DNA of 37,958 nt from a virus (IMGVR_UViG_3300043416_000465:1-37958), one strand, 5' to 3'. Positions 18,091-27,535 are shown, numbered from the stretch's first letter. The notes: generated from the sequence alone by a model not told the origin. Made by a program: numbers and translations.

Positions 18091-18446
18091 TAAGCCCTCC
18101 TGATTTCATCGCCCTTCACCATGCGCCGATGTTTGAGTTCATCGGCGTTACTAGCCTGAGAGTTGATGTCAATCTCACCATTTGGGAGCGAGGTCACATC
18201 ATGCTCCTCAGCCTTGCCCCGCACTTGTACTGTTTCACCATTCCATTCTTGGCCAACCGCAAAAAGGATTTGCTTCCCAGGATCGATCGAGTCGCCCTTG
18301 TGATCACAGTGATCAAGCAACCCGAACATCACCCACTGATCGCCCATGTCAGCCATCAGCGGCTGAACGGAACCCGCCGGGAAACCGGTAGCCTCGGAGA
18401 GTACCTTGTAATAAGCGTGGGTGGCGATCTGGTTAGTAGTTTTCAT
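18090..18446 (-). CDS. Hypothetical virion-region protein
   Basis: Start re-called at MKTTNQ (ATG 18446) to limit overlap with the upstream ORF; stop coupled to gp36 start. Confidence 0.55.
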   Translation of the reverse strand: MKTTNQIATHAYYKVLSEATGFPAGSVQPLMADMGDQWVMFGLLDHCDHKGDSIDPGKQILFAVGQEWNGETVQVRGKAEEHDVTSLPNGEIDINSQASNADELKHRRMVKGDEIRRA

Positions 18447-18654
18447 CAGTTGGCGCGGTGAGTTTCTCCAACTCTTCATCGCTGATTTCTGGCGGCGTAT
18501 CATCAGCAGGGATCTCGATCGCGTCTGGCGGTGTATCAGACGTGACCTCCTCGACTATCCCCCATCCGATGCATTGTCTCCCCGTGGCATCATCTAGCAC
18601 GAACTCTGTGCCGATCGGCAGCCCCAGATCATCGGTAATGCAGCGTACTTTCAT
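18433..18654 (-). CDS. Small acidic head-associated protein
   Basis: GAGGG RBS; directly downstream of the capsid gene, where small head accessory genes usually lie. Confidence 0.6.
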   Translation of the reverse strand: MKVRCITDDLGLPIGTEFVLDDATGRQCIGWGIVEEVTSDTPPDAIEIPADDTPPEISDEELEKLTAPTDENY

Positions 18655-18693
18655 AGTCCCTCTAAAATTGGATAGTTTTGTTTCATTGGCTGC

Positions 18694-19731
18694 CTAGGCA
18701 GCCAATGAACTAACGTTCGAGATCAGGTACATGGCTGTCGCCTGAGTGATCACAGGTGTCCTGCTTGCTACCGCTGGGTAGTAATAAGATCTGGTCATTT
18801 CGTCGTAGTAGACCGGCTCAAAGACCTTCACCTCATCCCTAATACCGAATGTATACAGACAAGATGCTTGACCCATATCGGCCTCTGGGTGTCCGTTGAA
18901 GCTAGCGGTTTCGCCATAGGATTGCTCCGCGTCAAGCATGGAAGATTTAGCCCCAAACTCTGCGACGTACCCCATCCAAAACATGTTGTTGTACATCTTC
19001 AGTCGAGGATCTGTGAGCGGCGCGCCCTCGGGGCGATATGCAGCGTTGCCCACCAGCAGTTTACCGAGTCCGTAGGCTTCGGCGATCGCCTTTTCGCTAG
19101 CGAAAAAGTTATTCATGCTATTGGAATTATTGCTAAACCGGCTTCGGGTTTCTGGGTGCCGTTGCAACGCCTTGAAGGCATTGAGAGAGCAGACCGTAAC
19201 GTTCGGGTAGAAACCGGTTTTGTCAAAGATCGCTGTTCGAGCAGCATCAATATCAAGAGACGGGGTGCTGGTGGTCGGAGCGCTCCATTGAGTCCCGGCC
19301 ACCAGCGTCAACTTGTTTCCAGTAGGGAAATTGATCGGATTGGAGATCAACTGACTAACTCGAAACTCACGACTTAGATCGAGGGCATAGTTAGTCTTGC
19401 GAGTGGCCTGCTGATCAAGAGCCACTCCGTGGACTCCAACGGCGCGGAGCGATTCTTTTGTCAGCTTGTAAGCGATCGCCTCCTGAGTAATTTCAGCCCG
19501 ATCGGTTGAGAAGTCCCAACTGAAATGTTTAATCCGAGAACCAAAAGCCCGATCCATATTGAATAGGGTCAAGGCCGAGTCATCAAATCGCGGGTACCTG
19601 AACGAGTGCTGATCGCTAGGCACTATCGGCGCGTACTCCTCTGCAATCAGAGAGCCATTGCCCAGTCGCATTGCGAAATTCTGCAAAACGTAATCGAATT
19701 TGGTATCTGCTGTATTAATGGGAATGCCCAT
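18694..19731 (-). CDS. Major capsid protein
   Basis: 345 aa; IAEEYAPIVP, LDLSREFRV, WSAPTTSTPSLDI...AIFDKTGFYPN...FKALQRHP motifs of Mu-like/gpE-type capsids; follows protease and decoration genes. Confidence 0.85.
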   Translation of the reverse strand: MGIPINTADTKFDYVLQNFAMRLGNGSLIAEEYAPIVPSDQHSFRYPRFDDSALTLFNMDRAFGSRIKHFSWDFSTDRAEITQEAIAYKLTKESLRAVGVHGVALDQQATRKTNYALDLSREFRVSQLISNPINFPTGNKLTLVAGTQWSAPTTSTPSLDIDAARTAIFDKTGFYPNVTVCSLNAFKALQRHPETRSRFSNNSNSMNNFFASEKAIAEAYGLGKLLVGNAAYRPEGAPLTDPRLKMYNNMFWMGYVAEFGAKSSMLDAEQSYGETASFNGHPEADMGQASCLYTFGIRDEVKVFEPVYYDEMTRSYYYPAVASRTPVITQATAMYLISNVSSLAA

Positions 19732-19760
19732 CGTTTCACCCTGCGTTAAAAGTTAAATGG

Positions 19761-20162
19761 TTAGAGCGTGCCTTCGTTGTGGATCAACGCCGGGATATAG
19801 GTATTGGCTAGCCCCGCTCTCTGGGCACGACCAAATACTTTTTGACCTGCTACGGCAGTGACCCAATTATTGGCGGCATCAAGAGTCAGTGGCGCTCCGC
19901 GCACCACAGCCGCAGAAACGAAAACCTCAGTAATGCCTCTGTTGCAGCACGGGAGCTGAACCGCCTTGACAGCTCCTGTCAAATTGGGTAGCTGGCTTTC
20001 TACTAGCACCCCAAAAAATCCATTAGCAGCGATCGAATTGATCAACGGGTTCCCTGGGTTGTTACTAACCCCAATTCCCCGCTGAATTGCTGGAGCATTG
20101 ATCGCTAGCTGAGCATCGATCGAATGGATCTCCATCTCGGAAGTCGGCAAAGATACTGGCAT
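19761..20162 (-). CDS. Capsid decoration/cement protein (DUF2190-like)
   Basis: GV...GITEV...AAVVRGAPLTLDA...GRA pattern between protease and capsid genes. Confidence 0.7.
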   Translation of the reverse strand: MPVSLPTSEMEIHSIDAQLAINAPAIQRGIGVSNNPGNPLINSIAANGFFGVLVESQLPNLTGAVKAVQLPCCNRGITEVFVSAAVVRGAPLTLDAANNWVTAVAGQKVFGRAQRAGLANTYIPALIHNEGTL

Positions 20163-20180
20163 AATTGCACCTGATTATTT

Positions 20181-21113
20181 TTACTTAGGAGCACAGGCAG
20201 ACATCGCCGCCGCGTAACTCATACCTGGATTAGCTTTCATTTTGGCCTTGATCTTTTTGTCCATGGCCATTGAGGGATCTTCGTCTTCGTCTTCGTCCAC
20301 AGACATGGCCGCAAATTCGGCAGATTCAGCAGCGGCTTGGCTATTGTCCTTGCCATAAGGGATCGCCTTTTTAGCTATAGCTTGCGCCAAAAACTCGATC
20401 GCTGCATTACCGCCAGATCTTGACGCTGCAAACTCCGCTGAAAACTGTTCGGCGGGCACCATCGCCAGTTTTGTGAAAACATCTACCATTCCGGCCTGGT
20501 CTTTTGGGGCTATTGCGCCCTTGGCCACCAATTCGGCAACGATTGGGAGCACCTGAGACGCGGCATTAAACTGGGCTGTTTTCTTTGCGAACGCCTCTTG
20601 GTCGGCCTTCAGCTTGGCCTGCGCGGCTAATAGCTCTTCTTCGTCCATGTTTTTTACTCGTATAAAGGATACTTTCTGAGTGCTGAATTGAGCCACCTTG
20701 AGCTGATCAAGCGATACATCCTCGCCTTTCGGGAAGAAACCGACGTGATCAAACTCGAAGCCCCCGCTAGTGTTCTGCGGGTTGCCGGGAAGTCGGATCT
20801 TTGCAGAAACCTTTGCTGACAGGCTATTGATGATCCTGGCCGCTCCGTCACTTAGCCCATCATAGGCAACGCAAACAGCCCGACCAGCCCCGTTAATGGC
20901 CAGCCGCGTGGCGTAGCCAAACGCGGCCTCATTAGTCTGCGGATGACGCATAACCAAAGGCAGCCTCTGACCCGATCGATTAAAATGGCCGACGCTAGCC
21001 TGTAGCTCTTCAGCCGAAACGGGCACCACTAGACCGCTATAGTCCCTGTGTCGCCCTGGGTAAAAGATCTCTACCGGCCTTAAATCAGCCACCCCGCACC
21101 GCACCCTGATCAA
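20181..21113 (-). CDS. Mu gpI-like prohead protease with C-terminal scaffold (possible internal start MDEEEL at 20648)
   Basis: VEIFYPGRH, PLVMRHP, AFGY, KVSA, DHVGF motifs; C-terminus NPGMSYAAAMSAC is typical of scaffold capsid-binding tails. Confidence 0.8.
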   Translation of the reverse strand: MIRVRCGVADLRPVEIFYPGRHRDYSGLVVPVSAEELQASVGHFNRSGQRLPLVMRHPQTNEAAFGYATRLAINGAGRAVCVAYDGLSDGAARIINSLSAKVSAKIRLPGNPQNTSGGFEFDHVGFFPKGEDVSLDQLKVAQFSTQKVSFIRVKNMDEEELLAAQAKLKADQEAFAKKTAQFNAASQVLPIVAELVAKGAIAPKDQAGMVDVFTKLAMVPAEQFSAEFAASRSGGNAAIEFLAQAIAKKAIPYGKDNSQAAAESAEFAAMSVDEDEDEDPSMAMDKKIKAKMKANPGMSYAAAMSACAPK

Positions 21114-21180
21114 TTGCTAACTGCTGGTAATCATAATCGATTATCAAGTTTAGTTATCATTTTTTGAGAAAAGCTTAAAG

Positions 21181-21672
21181 TTAACTTTGCAGAAATTCGG
21201 AGACGATCGACTCTATCTCCACCCGATCAACGGCGCTAACGCCGAGAAAAACCCGCTTCACCATCCGGCTAGTTCCTAGCTGGTGAAGCACTCCATACCT
21301 CTGAGGTGTGCCGATCGCTACCGAATCAAGCTCAGCTTGATATGTAATGGTATCTCGCAGTAAAAAGGCATCCTTTAAAATATCGGCTGGGTTAGCCCTT
21401 GTCCGCCTCACCAGTCGCCCTCGCTTAGCTTGCGCCCGTCTATATTTCGGGTTTTGGCTTTTGGCCTTGGCTGCGATCGTGCTTTTTGCCAATGGTGCCC
21501 ATGGTGCTCCGCTGGGCGCAGTACTGCTATCAAATCGCAATCGGGTTTGGCGCAACATATACTCCCCGATCGATCTCATAGCAGGCCGCAGATTAGCAGC
21601 CCTGCCACTCAGCACAGAGAGGCGCTTTATAGCCTCTTTCTGGCCGCTCATGCTAATTTTAAAATTATTCAA
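21181..21672 (-). CDS. Virion morphogenesis protein (Mu gpG / Phage_tail_S family)
   Basis: LRPAMRSIGE...RFDSSTAPSGAPWAPL...LRDTI...IGT..YGVLHQLG...RVFLG. Confidence 0.85.
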   Translation of the reverse strand: MNNFKISMSGQKEAIKRLSVLSGRAANLRPAMRSIGEYMLRQTRLRFDSSTAPSGAPWAPLAKSTIAAKAKSQNPKYRRAQAKRGRLVRRTRANPADILKDAFLLRDTITYQAELDSVAIGTPQRYGVLHQLGTSRMVKRVFLGVSAVDRVEIESIVSEFLQS

Positions 21673-21673
21673 G

Positions 21674-21701
21674 TCAGCCTCTTTATATCAGCCTCTTTAT
21701 A
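21674..21701. repeat. 14-bp tandem duplication TCAGCCTCTTTATA x2
   Basis: Exact copies at 21674-21687 and 21688-21701; they fill the gap between two divergent starts. Confidence 0.9.
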
Positions 21702-22129
21702 TGGGAAGACAGCCGGAAATTAGAGCCAGCAAAGATGTGCTGGAGTTATGCCAACTACTGGGAACATCCCAAACAGAATTACTCAACATTATGGCGCAGA
21801 GGTTTGGGGTCGCCTTGGTGCAACAGATTAACGCCGAAACTTTGCATTATTCTACGCCTCGCGCCGTCAGGCAGTGGCTAAAAAATAATGGCCGATCGCC
21901 TCGCCGAATTATTGCCCACGAAATCAAGGCTGCTAGGTATCGGGCAAATCTTACCCAGAGAGAGTTAGCCGAAAAATTGGGAATTAATCGCAAATACCTC
22001 AGCAGGCTGGAGCTAGGGCAGCGGGTTAGCCCCGAAAGGGTGACAGCGATAGCAGAGATCTTAGGTGATCAAAAACTAGATTCTATAATCTCAAACTTTG
22101 GGCAATCACCCCCCAATCTTTTGGCCTGA
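21701..22129 (+). CDS. XRE-family HTH regulator (probably two HTH units)
   Basis: IKAARYRANLTQRELAEKLGINRKYLSRLELG; N-terminal LELCQLLGTSQTELL. Start re-called to ATG 21701. Confidence 0.8.
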   Translation: MGRQPEIRASKDVLELCQLLGTSQTELLNIMAQRFGVALVQQINAETLHYSTPRAVRQWLKNNGRSPRRIIAHEIKAARYRANLTQRELAEKLGINRKYLSRLELGQRVSPERVTAIAEILGDQKLDSIISNFGQSPPNLLA

Positions 22130-22293
22130 GTCTGCCAATTCATTGCCTCCAAATCGCACAAATCACGGCTATTGCGCCAATCCTCTGGAGATGGCCGATC
22201 AACTAGTCCATACGCACTAGGATCGACATCATTGCCGTGCCCGCGCCCCACATATTTCCCGGTGGTGGTGCGGAGAATGTAACGCTTAGGCAT
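22069..22293 (-). CDS. Hypothetical protein
   Basis: Starts 2 nt after the antirepressor stop. Confidence 0.5.
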   Translation of the reverse strand: MPKRYILRTTTGKYVGRGHGNDVDPSAYGLVDRPSPEDWRNSRDLCDLEAMNWQTQAKRLGGDCPKFEIIESSF

Positions 22294-22294
22294 G

Positions 22295-23083
22295 TTAAAC
22301 CAAGGGCGAGACTTGAGCCTCGATCGTCACAATCGCTGATTCTCTAGCCAGGTGTTTTTGATGGCGCTTAGCCAACCACGCCTGACCTTTGGGCTTTATC
22401 AAAGACACTGGGTAAGTTTGTAGACCCTTACTAGTTTGCTGCTGAATCTGGGTCACTCGGAAATAGCCAGAGTCGATCCACCGCTGGTAAGGCAGGGTCG
22501 AAGACAAACAAATAATGCCATCGCTTCGCAGCTCCTCAAAATATTTGTTTTGCCCCATACCGATCGACTTAGCAAAATCACCGATCCGAATTTCATTCAC
22601 CGCTGATTCAATTAGTTGCCCTAAAGCCGTGGCCGGTGCCGTGATATCAATCTGAGCCTGTAACCGCTCCTTTTCGTCCTCCGCAGCAATCAACAGATAA
22701 GCCAACTCCTTAGCCGTGGGTAGTTTAGGTGCCTCGACTGCCTGCACCCTGTAACCCGCCAAGCCATAAAGGTACATTGCGGCTCCGGCCTCAGCCATCA
22801 ATTTAGCTAGGGCAATGTCAAACTCAAGGGCAAGGTCTAAAACTACTGAGGCTGGATAGAGTGACACCTCATAATCTCTAGTATGGGAGCGGATTACAGC
22901 AGTTTTCAATTCACTTTTTGACACCTCTTCTAATCTGCGGCGAATGGTTGGAGAGCTGACGCTAGGGAAAATTCGCTCTAATTGAGCCAAGTTGGCGTAG
23001 GGCTGCTTGGTCTGGTTGCACACATAGATAATGTGCGTTGCCTGCTGCTGTGCGGTTACGGTTATATTTTGCATAAAGCTCAC
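22295..23083 (-). CDS. Phage antirepressor, KilAC (ANT) domain
   Basis: LPTAKELA...EKERL coil; IRIGDFAKSIGMGQNKYFEELR...PYQRWIDSGYF...KGQAWL. Confidence 0.85.
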   Translation of the reverse strand: MSFMQNITVTAQQQATHIIYVCNQTKQPYANLAQLERIFPSVSSPTIRRRLEEVSKSELKTAVIRSHTRDYEVSLYPASVVLDLALEFDIALAKLMAEAGAAMYLYGLAGYRVQAVEAPKLPTAKELAYLLIAAEDEKERLQAQIDITAPATALGQLIESAVNEIRIGDFAKSIGMGQNKYFEELRSDGIICLSSTLPYQRWIDSGYFRVTQIQQQTSKGLQTYPVSLIKPKGQAWLAKRHQKHLARESAIVTIEAQVSPLV

Positions 23084-23207
23084 CTTGTAAATATTTAACT
23101 ATTATATCAAGCCAACCTTAAAAACAATCCACCAAACGCCTTTAATCTACCTAATTGTACGGCTATCCGCAGAACCGTAAAAATACTGAGGATTTTACAA
23201 AGCAGAC

Positions 23208-23240
23208 CTGATAAAATAAAAGCAGATTTACAAAGTTCAC
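23208..23240 (+). promoter_or_regulatory. Promoter-like element CTGATAAAAT-N6-AGATTTACAAAGTTCAC heading the early + strand operon
   Basis: Matches 2051-2082; ends 3 nt before ATG 23244. Confidence 0.55.
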
Positions 23241-23243
23241 CTT

Positions 23244-23363
23244 ATGTCTAAGAAGCAAATAGCAGAGCGCGATCGACAATCAAGAGAGCGCATGGAAAAG
23301 CTCAAAAAGCTCTCTGATGCAGAGCTGGCCAAATTAACCGACTATTCACTATTCAATCAATAA
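23244..23363 (+). CDS. 39-aa hypothetical protein (MSKKQIAERDRQ...)
   Basis: Manual translation; below the ORF-track cutoff; first ORF of the operon. Confidence 0.5.
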   Translation: MSKKQIAERDRQSRERMEKLKKLSDAELAKLTDYSLFNQ

Positions 23364-23369
23364 AGCAAA

Positions 23370-23495
23370 ATGACTTACCAAGAAATAATTGAAGGACTAA
23401 CCAGCGGCTCTCCAATGATCCGAGAGCAAGCCGCGATCGAGTACCTAAAGCTCAAGCACGGGGCAAACATTGACTACCCACAGGAATGGCGATGA
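23370..23495 (+). CDS. 41-aa hypothetical protein (MTYQEIIEGL...)
   Basis: Manual translation; stop overlaps the next start. Confidence 0.5.
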   Translation: MTYQEIIEGLTSGSPMIREQAAIEYLKLKHGANIDYPQEWR

Positions 23496-23884
23496 TATTA
23501 GTTTTTGCCCCACCAATAGGAACAGCCGGTAGAGATGCCACCGACCTCGTTTTTGCCCGCATATTTAATGGGTCGGCCTTAAATACACGGCAGACTTTGA
23601 TCAAGAACGCGCCTCCCCTACCGGCCTACAAACCCAGTAAGCCCGATCGGGTATTTGTTGATAAACCGATCGAGAGCGACTCTACAGACTCAGTAACTAG
23701 GCACAGAAAAGACGGCAGATTAATAGACCTTCATCCCATCACTGAGGACGGGGGGTACTGGCTGAAGTGCGATGGATGCAGGAACTACGCATTGTTTAAT
23801 GTGCACTGGGTAGATATAGAGGACTCAAGAGAGTTTGACAGGTTCCGCGCCTGCGCCAAACACGCTCAGCGGTGGATGCCATGA
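23486..23884 (+). CDS. Hypothetical protein with CxxC...CxxH zinc-binding motif
   Basis: KCDGC and ACAKH. Confidence 0.6.
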   Translation: MAMILVFAPPIGTAGRDATDLVFARIFNGSALNTRQTLIKNAPPLPAYKPSKPDRVFVDKPIESDSTDSVTRHRKDGRLIDLHPITEDGGYWLKCDGCRNYALFNVHWVDIEDSREFDRFRACAKHAQRWMP

Positions 23885-24198
23885 TCCCCCAATACTGGCT
23901 AGTACTCCGATCTGACGGAACCCCTGACGCTTATCTATTGGCTGATTCAATAGAATCAGCCTGGTCAAAAATTCCGGCTGACTACACTGTTCGCCCCCTA
24001 AAAGTTAGCGATAACACAGCCGGACTGATCAAGGTGAATTCCCGCACCTACCGCCTAGACAGGCCAGACCCAGCCACCCAAAAAATAAATGTTTCGGTCT
24101 ATCTAACCCCAGAAAATCATTCTTGGTACAACCGACAACCCAACAAAACGGCAGCAATAAACAAATTAATTAGTGAGAAAATGAATGAGCAACGTTAG
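23881..24198 (+). CDS. Hypothetical protein with C-terminal ribbon-helix-helix-like segment
   Basis: KINVSVYLTPE...NKTAAINKLI; ATGA coupling at 23881. Confidence 0.55.
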   Translation: MIPQYWLVLRSDGTPDAYLLADSIESAWSKIPADYTVRPLKVSDNTAGLIKVNSRTYRLDRPDPATQKINVSVYLTPENHSWYNRQPNKTAAINKLISEKMNEQR

Positions 24199-24484
24199 AC
24201 TATTTGCCTTGAATGACAACAAGATTGAATTAGTGGTTGATGAAAAAACCGTAGGGCTTGCAAGACTGGCAAAAATCACTGATACCCCAATCGGTTTTGG
24301 CTCCAATATTTGTCCAGATATCATCGGCCTCGCAAATTTGGATGACGCGACCCCAAGCTCGCTGGTTTACAGCCTCGAATTCTTTACTGGCTTGAATTTG
24401 CTTTGCATCAGCCAGGAGTATATCGAGCCAGCAATTAACGATTTAATCGCTGCTGAATCAATAGATAGCAAGGAGTTTTTCTAA
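24185..24484 (+). CDS. Hypothetical protein
   Basis: Overlap-coupled within the early operon. Confidence 0.6.
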   Translation: MSNVRLFALNDNKIELVVDEKTVGLARLAKITDTPIGFGSNICPDIIGLANLDDATPSSLVYSLEFFTGLNLLCISQEYIEPAINDLIAAESIDSKEFF

Positions 24485-25140
24485 TGATTAATAAATCTAA
24501 CTTACTCCCTGCTCTAATTGCAGCCAAAAAACTTTTTAAGCCGTTGAAGAAAGACAAGGCCAACCCTTTCCACAAATCTAAATACACAAGCCTTGATGCA
24601 GTATTGGCCTCAGTTGAGCCAGCGCTGCTAGAAAATGGATTGGTTCTGACGCACAAAATTGATGAGGGGCACCTAATAACTATTCTCTATCACGAGAGCG
24701 GGGAAGAGATGGCTAGCACAGTCAAGCTTCCGGAATCGATCGATCCTCAAAAGATCGGCTCTGCTCTCACCTATTACCGCCGGTATGCGATTTGTGGATT
24801 ACTTTCAGTTTGTGCCGACGAGGATGATGATGCTCAATCGGCTAGCGATGAAAGCAAGAAGTTTGCGACTGTGCCCCGCTCACAACGGCCAGATCCACCA
24901 CTATACAAGCCGACACCAAAAGAAGTCTGCCAGCAGGAAGTAATCAGCCTGATTAGAGAAATTGGCTGGACAAAAGCTCAGAGTAAAAAGTGGGCGGCAG
25001 ATTTCTCCGATGAGCCTAAAGAAGACTGGCCTTTAGGTATGTGGGAGCAAGCTAGAGAGAAATTAATGCACGTCTTAGACGAAGTAATTCAGCAGCGAGA
25101 TCTAGAGGAGGATCTCGTAGCTAGTGGGCATACCGTCTGA
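24484..25140 (+). CDS. erf: ERF-family single-strand annealing recombinase
   Basis: KDKANPFHKSKYTSLD...HESGE...PQKIGSALTYYRRY...DEDDDA. Confidence 0.92.
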   Translation: MINKSNLLPALIAAKKLFKPLKKDKANPFHKSKYTSLDAVLASVEPALLENGLVLTHKIDEGHLITILYHESGEEMASTVKLPESIDPQKIGSALTYYRRYAICGLLSVCADEDDDAQSASDESKKFATVPRSQRPDPPLYKPTPKEVCQQEVISLIREIGWTKAQSKKWAADFSDEPKEDWPLGMWEQAREKLMHVLDEVIQQRDLEEDLVASGHTV

Positions 25141-25343
25141 TGCCCGCATATTTTCACGTTTCGACAGGTGCCGAAAATCGCCGAATTCGGCTAAAGGACA
25201 TTGAAAGTTTTTGGCCAACTCCGCCGAGCATCGTTTCCCTTAAGGCCGATCCGATCGGCACCACGATCTTGCTGAAAGACGGCACCCAAATAGATTTGGA
25301 TATGTCGATCGAGGATTTGAGATCACATATAAAAGGATGGTAA
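25140..25343 (+). CDS. Hypothetical protein
   Basis: TGATG coupling to erf. Confidence 0.6.
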   Translation: MPAYFHVSTGAENRRIRLKDIESFWPTPPSIVSLKADPIGTTILLKDGTQIDLDMSIEDLRSHIKGW

Positions 25344-25345
25344 TA

Positions 25346-26212
25346 ATGGCTAAGCCATTTCTCAAATGGGCTGGCGGGAAAGCCAAGCTAGCCCCTAAAA
25401 TTGCTGAATTATTGCCTGAAGAACTTGGCGTGTATCATGAGCCGTTTCTAGGCGGTGGCGCTGTATTCTTGCATTTGGCCGAAAATAAATTAATAAATAG
25501 ATTCAGCCTTTCAGATCAGTGCAGAGATTTAATTAGATGCTGGCAAATGCTGGCGATCAAAGGAGGTGTAGAAGATTTGCTTCCCACATTGGGCAGAATG
25601 AATCACCCAATTTGGTCGAGAGAACTTTACGATGAATTGAGGGGATGGGATCGAGATCCTAACTGGCATAAAAATGGCAGCTATACCTGCCACACTTCAG
25701 ATCAGAAAGTGGCGAGGTTCTTGCTGCTCAACAAACTCGGCTTCAATGGGGTGTGTCGGTATAATTCTCGCGGTGAGTTTAACGTGCCTTGGGGTAAAAG
25801 GACTACCTACAAGATGCCGGAGGAGTCCTATCTAATGGATATCCATAAGCTGTTGCGAGGCCGTACCGCCATCAGGTGCTGGGACTATAAAACCGCACTA
25901 CAAACCGCGCAGCCTGGAGATTTCGCCTATCTCGATCCGCCGTATGTCCCTCTCTCCAAAGCTGGCTTTACTAGCTATTCAGGGGCGTGGGGCGAAAAAC
26001 AGCAGCAGGAGCTATTTGCTGAGCTACAACGGCTCGACAAGCTCGGTGTGCGGTGGATGCTCTCTGGGCATGATGAGCCAACGTATCGAGCTTTGTACAG
26101 TAGCGATAATTTTAGGGTCTTGGATATCACTGAGATTTATGTCCGGCGCTCAGTGGCCGCCAATGGCGATCGGCCAAAAGTTAAAGAACTAATAATCAGG
26201 AATTACATCTAG
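25346..26212 (+). CDS. DNA adenine methyltransferase, Dam/D12 class
   Basis: KPFLKWAGGK, EPFLGGGAV, LNKLGFNGVCRYN..G.FNVPWG, YLDPPY, ELIIRNY. An alternative start at 25337 is possible. Confidence 0.93.
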   Translation: MAKPFLKWAGGKAKLAPKIAELLPEELGVYHEPFLGGGAVFLHLAENKLINRFSLSDQCRDLIRCWQMLAIKGGVEDLLPTLGRMNHPIWSRELYDELRGWDRDPNWHKNGSYTCHTSDQKVARFLLLNKLGFNGVCRYNSRGEFNVPWGKRTTYKMPEESYLMDIHKLLRGRTAIRCWDYKTALQTAQPGDFAYLDPPYVPLSKAGFTSYSGAWGEKQQQELFAELQRLDKLGVRWMLSGHDEPTYRALYSSDNFRVLDITEIYVRRSVAANGDRPKVKELIIRNYI

Positions 26213-26218
26213 GTGACT

Positions 26219-26392
26219 ATGAATTGCAGTAAGGACGTATATTTTAAAGCCCGTCGCGGTAGGAAAGTGATCCATAAGCGCCTTTTACCTGACAGCCTAA
26301 CAGAAGCTATGTGTGGGGCATTTGGCCACACCAGCAACTACGCCAACTTAGTTAATTGCCAAAAATGTTTGCAATCAAAAAAATCCAGCTAA
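26219..26392 (+). CDS. 57-aa putative zinc-finger protein
   Basis: Manual translation; AGGTG RBS; H...MCG...NCQKC pattern. Confidence 0.55.
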   Translation: MNCSKDVYFKARRGRKVIHKRLLPDSLTEAMCGAFGHTSNYANLVNCQKCLQSKKSS

Positions 26393-26400
26393 AAACCCGC

Positions 26401-27528
26401 TCAAATATCTGGCTGCCCCAATTCCCGGCTGATACCAAGGTAGCTACTCACCAACACTCTGGGCGAATTACCAACTAACTTGGCAATATCTTGGATTCTT
26501 GCCCCAGAATCCAAAGCCAAAGTTATATAAGTGTGTCGAGTTTGGTACGGATTTTTGGGCGGGACTTGGGCGGTTTCCAATGCCTCATACCACGGGGAGG
26601 ATCTTTTGCTTCTCCCAGGCTTACGACTGAAATTCCCCCAAACAATCAGCCCACCTTTTTCTGCCGGAAAGACCAAGCCATTCCCCTTCACCCCCAAAGC
26701 TTCCAAAATCTTTGGTGAGAGGGGGATTTTTCTTGCCACCTGACTTTTCAGGCCAGCCGTCACTACTTTCTGCCCAAATTCCCCAAACCCAGCCGACTCC
26801 ACCAGCAAGATGTGAGTAGAGCTGACATTTTCCCACCGCAGGGCGATCGCCTCGCTTGGTCGGGCACCAGTGTAAAACAAAAACTGAACCAGTCGCCAAA
26901 AGTGGCAGTGTTTTGTGTGCAGCCTGAAAGTCGCAATTATTCGATCGCGCTCCTCAGCCGTGAATGGGTCGATGTCTGGCTTGCTCTGGTTCTTTGGCTT
27001 GGGTATGGCCAGATTCTCAAATGGGTTTTGGTCAATCTTCCCCATTTGCACACCCCACTTACCCATCGCATTGATAGCCACCATCCACCGCCTTGCCACC
27101 TCGATCGAGTAATTATCCAATACCCAAGCCCGAATTTTTGCCCCTGATTCTAATTTGTATGGGCATTTTTCCACCAAATTTTGGTGGTGGCGATATTGGC
27201 CAAAAATCGTGGTGGTGCCCAAAGATGGAGCTTTAAATTCAGTAAATTGCTCCCAAAGTTCTAAAAAAGTAATTTTGGCAACCTTGGCCGGTGGCTTGCT
27301 AGGTTCAAAATCTGTCCCGCGATATTTGCTCAGTGTTGGATCGTATTGCCCGATGAAAATATCTTGCTCAATTTCTCTGGCAGTCCAACTAGCAATCGTT
27401 CGATTCTGCTCAGTATCAGCAAGGCCAGTCCCAAGGTAATTTCTTTTTTTTGCTGGGTATACCCAAACTAATTGCAATAGCCCCCGATTAACCCTGGTGG
27501 ACACCTTGACCGCTTTTCGTATGCTCAA
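26401..27528 (-). CDS. int: Tyrosine integrase with N-terminal arm-binding (DUF3596-like) domain
   Basis: GLLQLVW...YLGTGLADT N-terminus; TGARPSEAIALRW (R), K, YQTRHT (YxxR variant of HxxR), LVGNS, catalytic Y in SSYL. Confidence 0.92.
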   Translation of the reverse strand: MSIRKAVKVSTRVNRGLLQLVWVYPAKKRNYLGTGLADTEQNRTIASWTAREIEQDIFIGQYDPTLSKYRGTDFEPSKPPAKVAKITFLELWEQFTEFKAPSLGTTTIFGQYRHHQNLVEKCPYKLESGAKIRAWVLDNYSIEVARRWMVAINAMGKWGVQMGKIDQNPFENLAIPKPKNQSKPDIDPFTAEERDRIIATFRLHTKHCHFWRLVQFLFYTGARPSEAIALRWENVSSTHILLVESAGFGEFGQKVVTAGLKSQVARKIPLSPKILEALGVKGNGLVFPAEKGGLIVWGNFSRKPGRSKRSSPWYEALETAQVPPKNPYQTRHTYITLALDSGARIQDIAKLVGNSPRVLVSSYLGISRELGQPDI

Positions 27529-27535
27529 AATCTTT

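Noticed and set aside
21347-21700. N-terminal 118 aa of the 260-aa ORF
   Set aside because: Antisense to the well-supported gpG gene; real start is likely ATG 21701.
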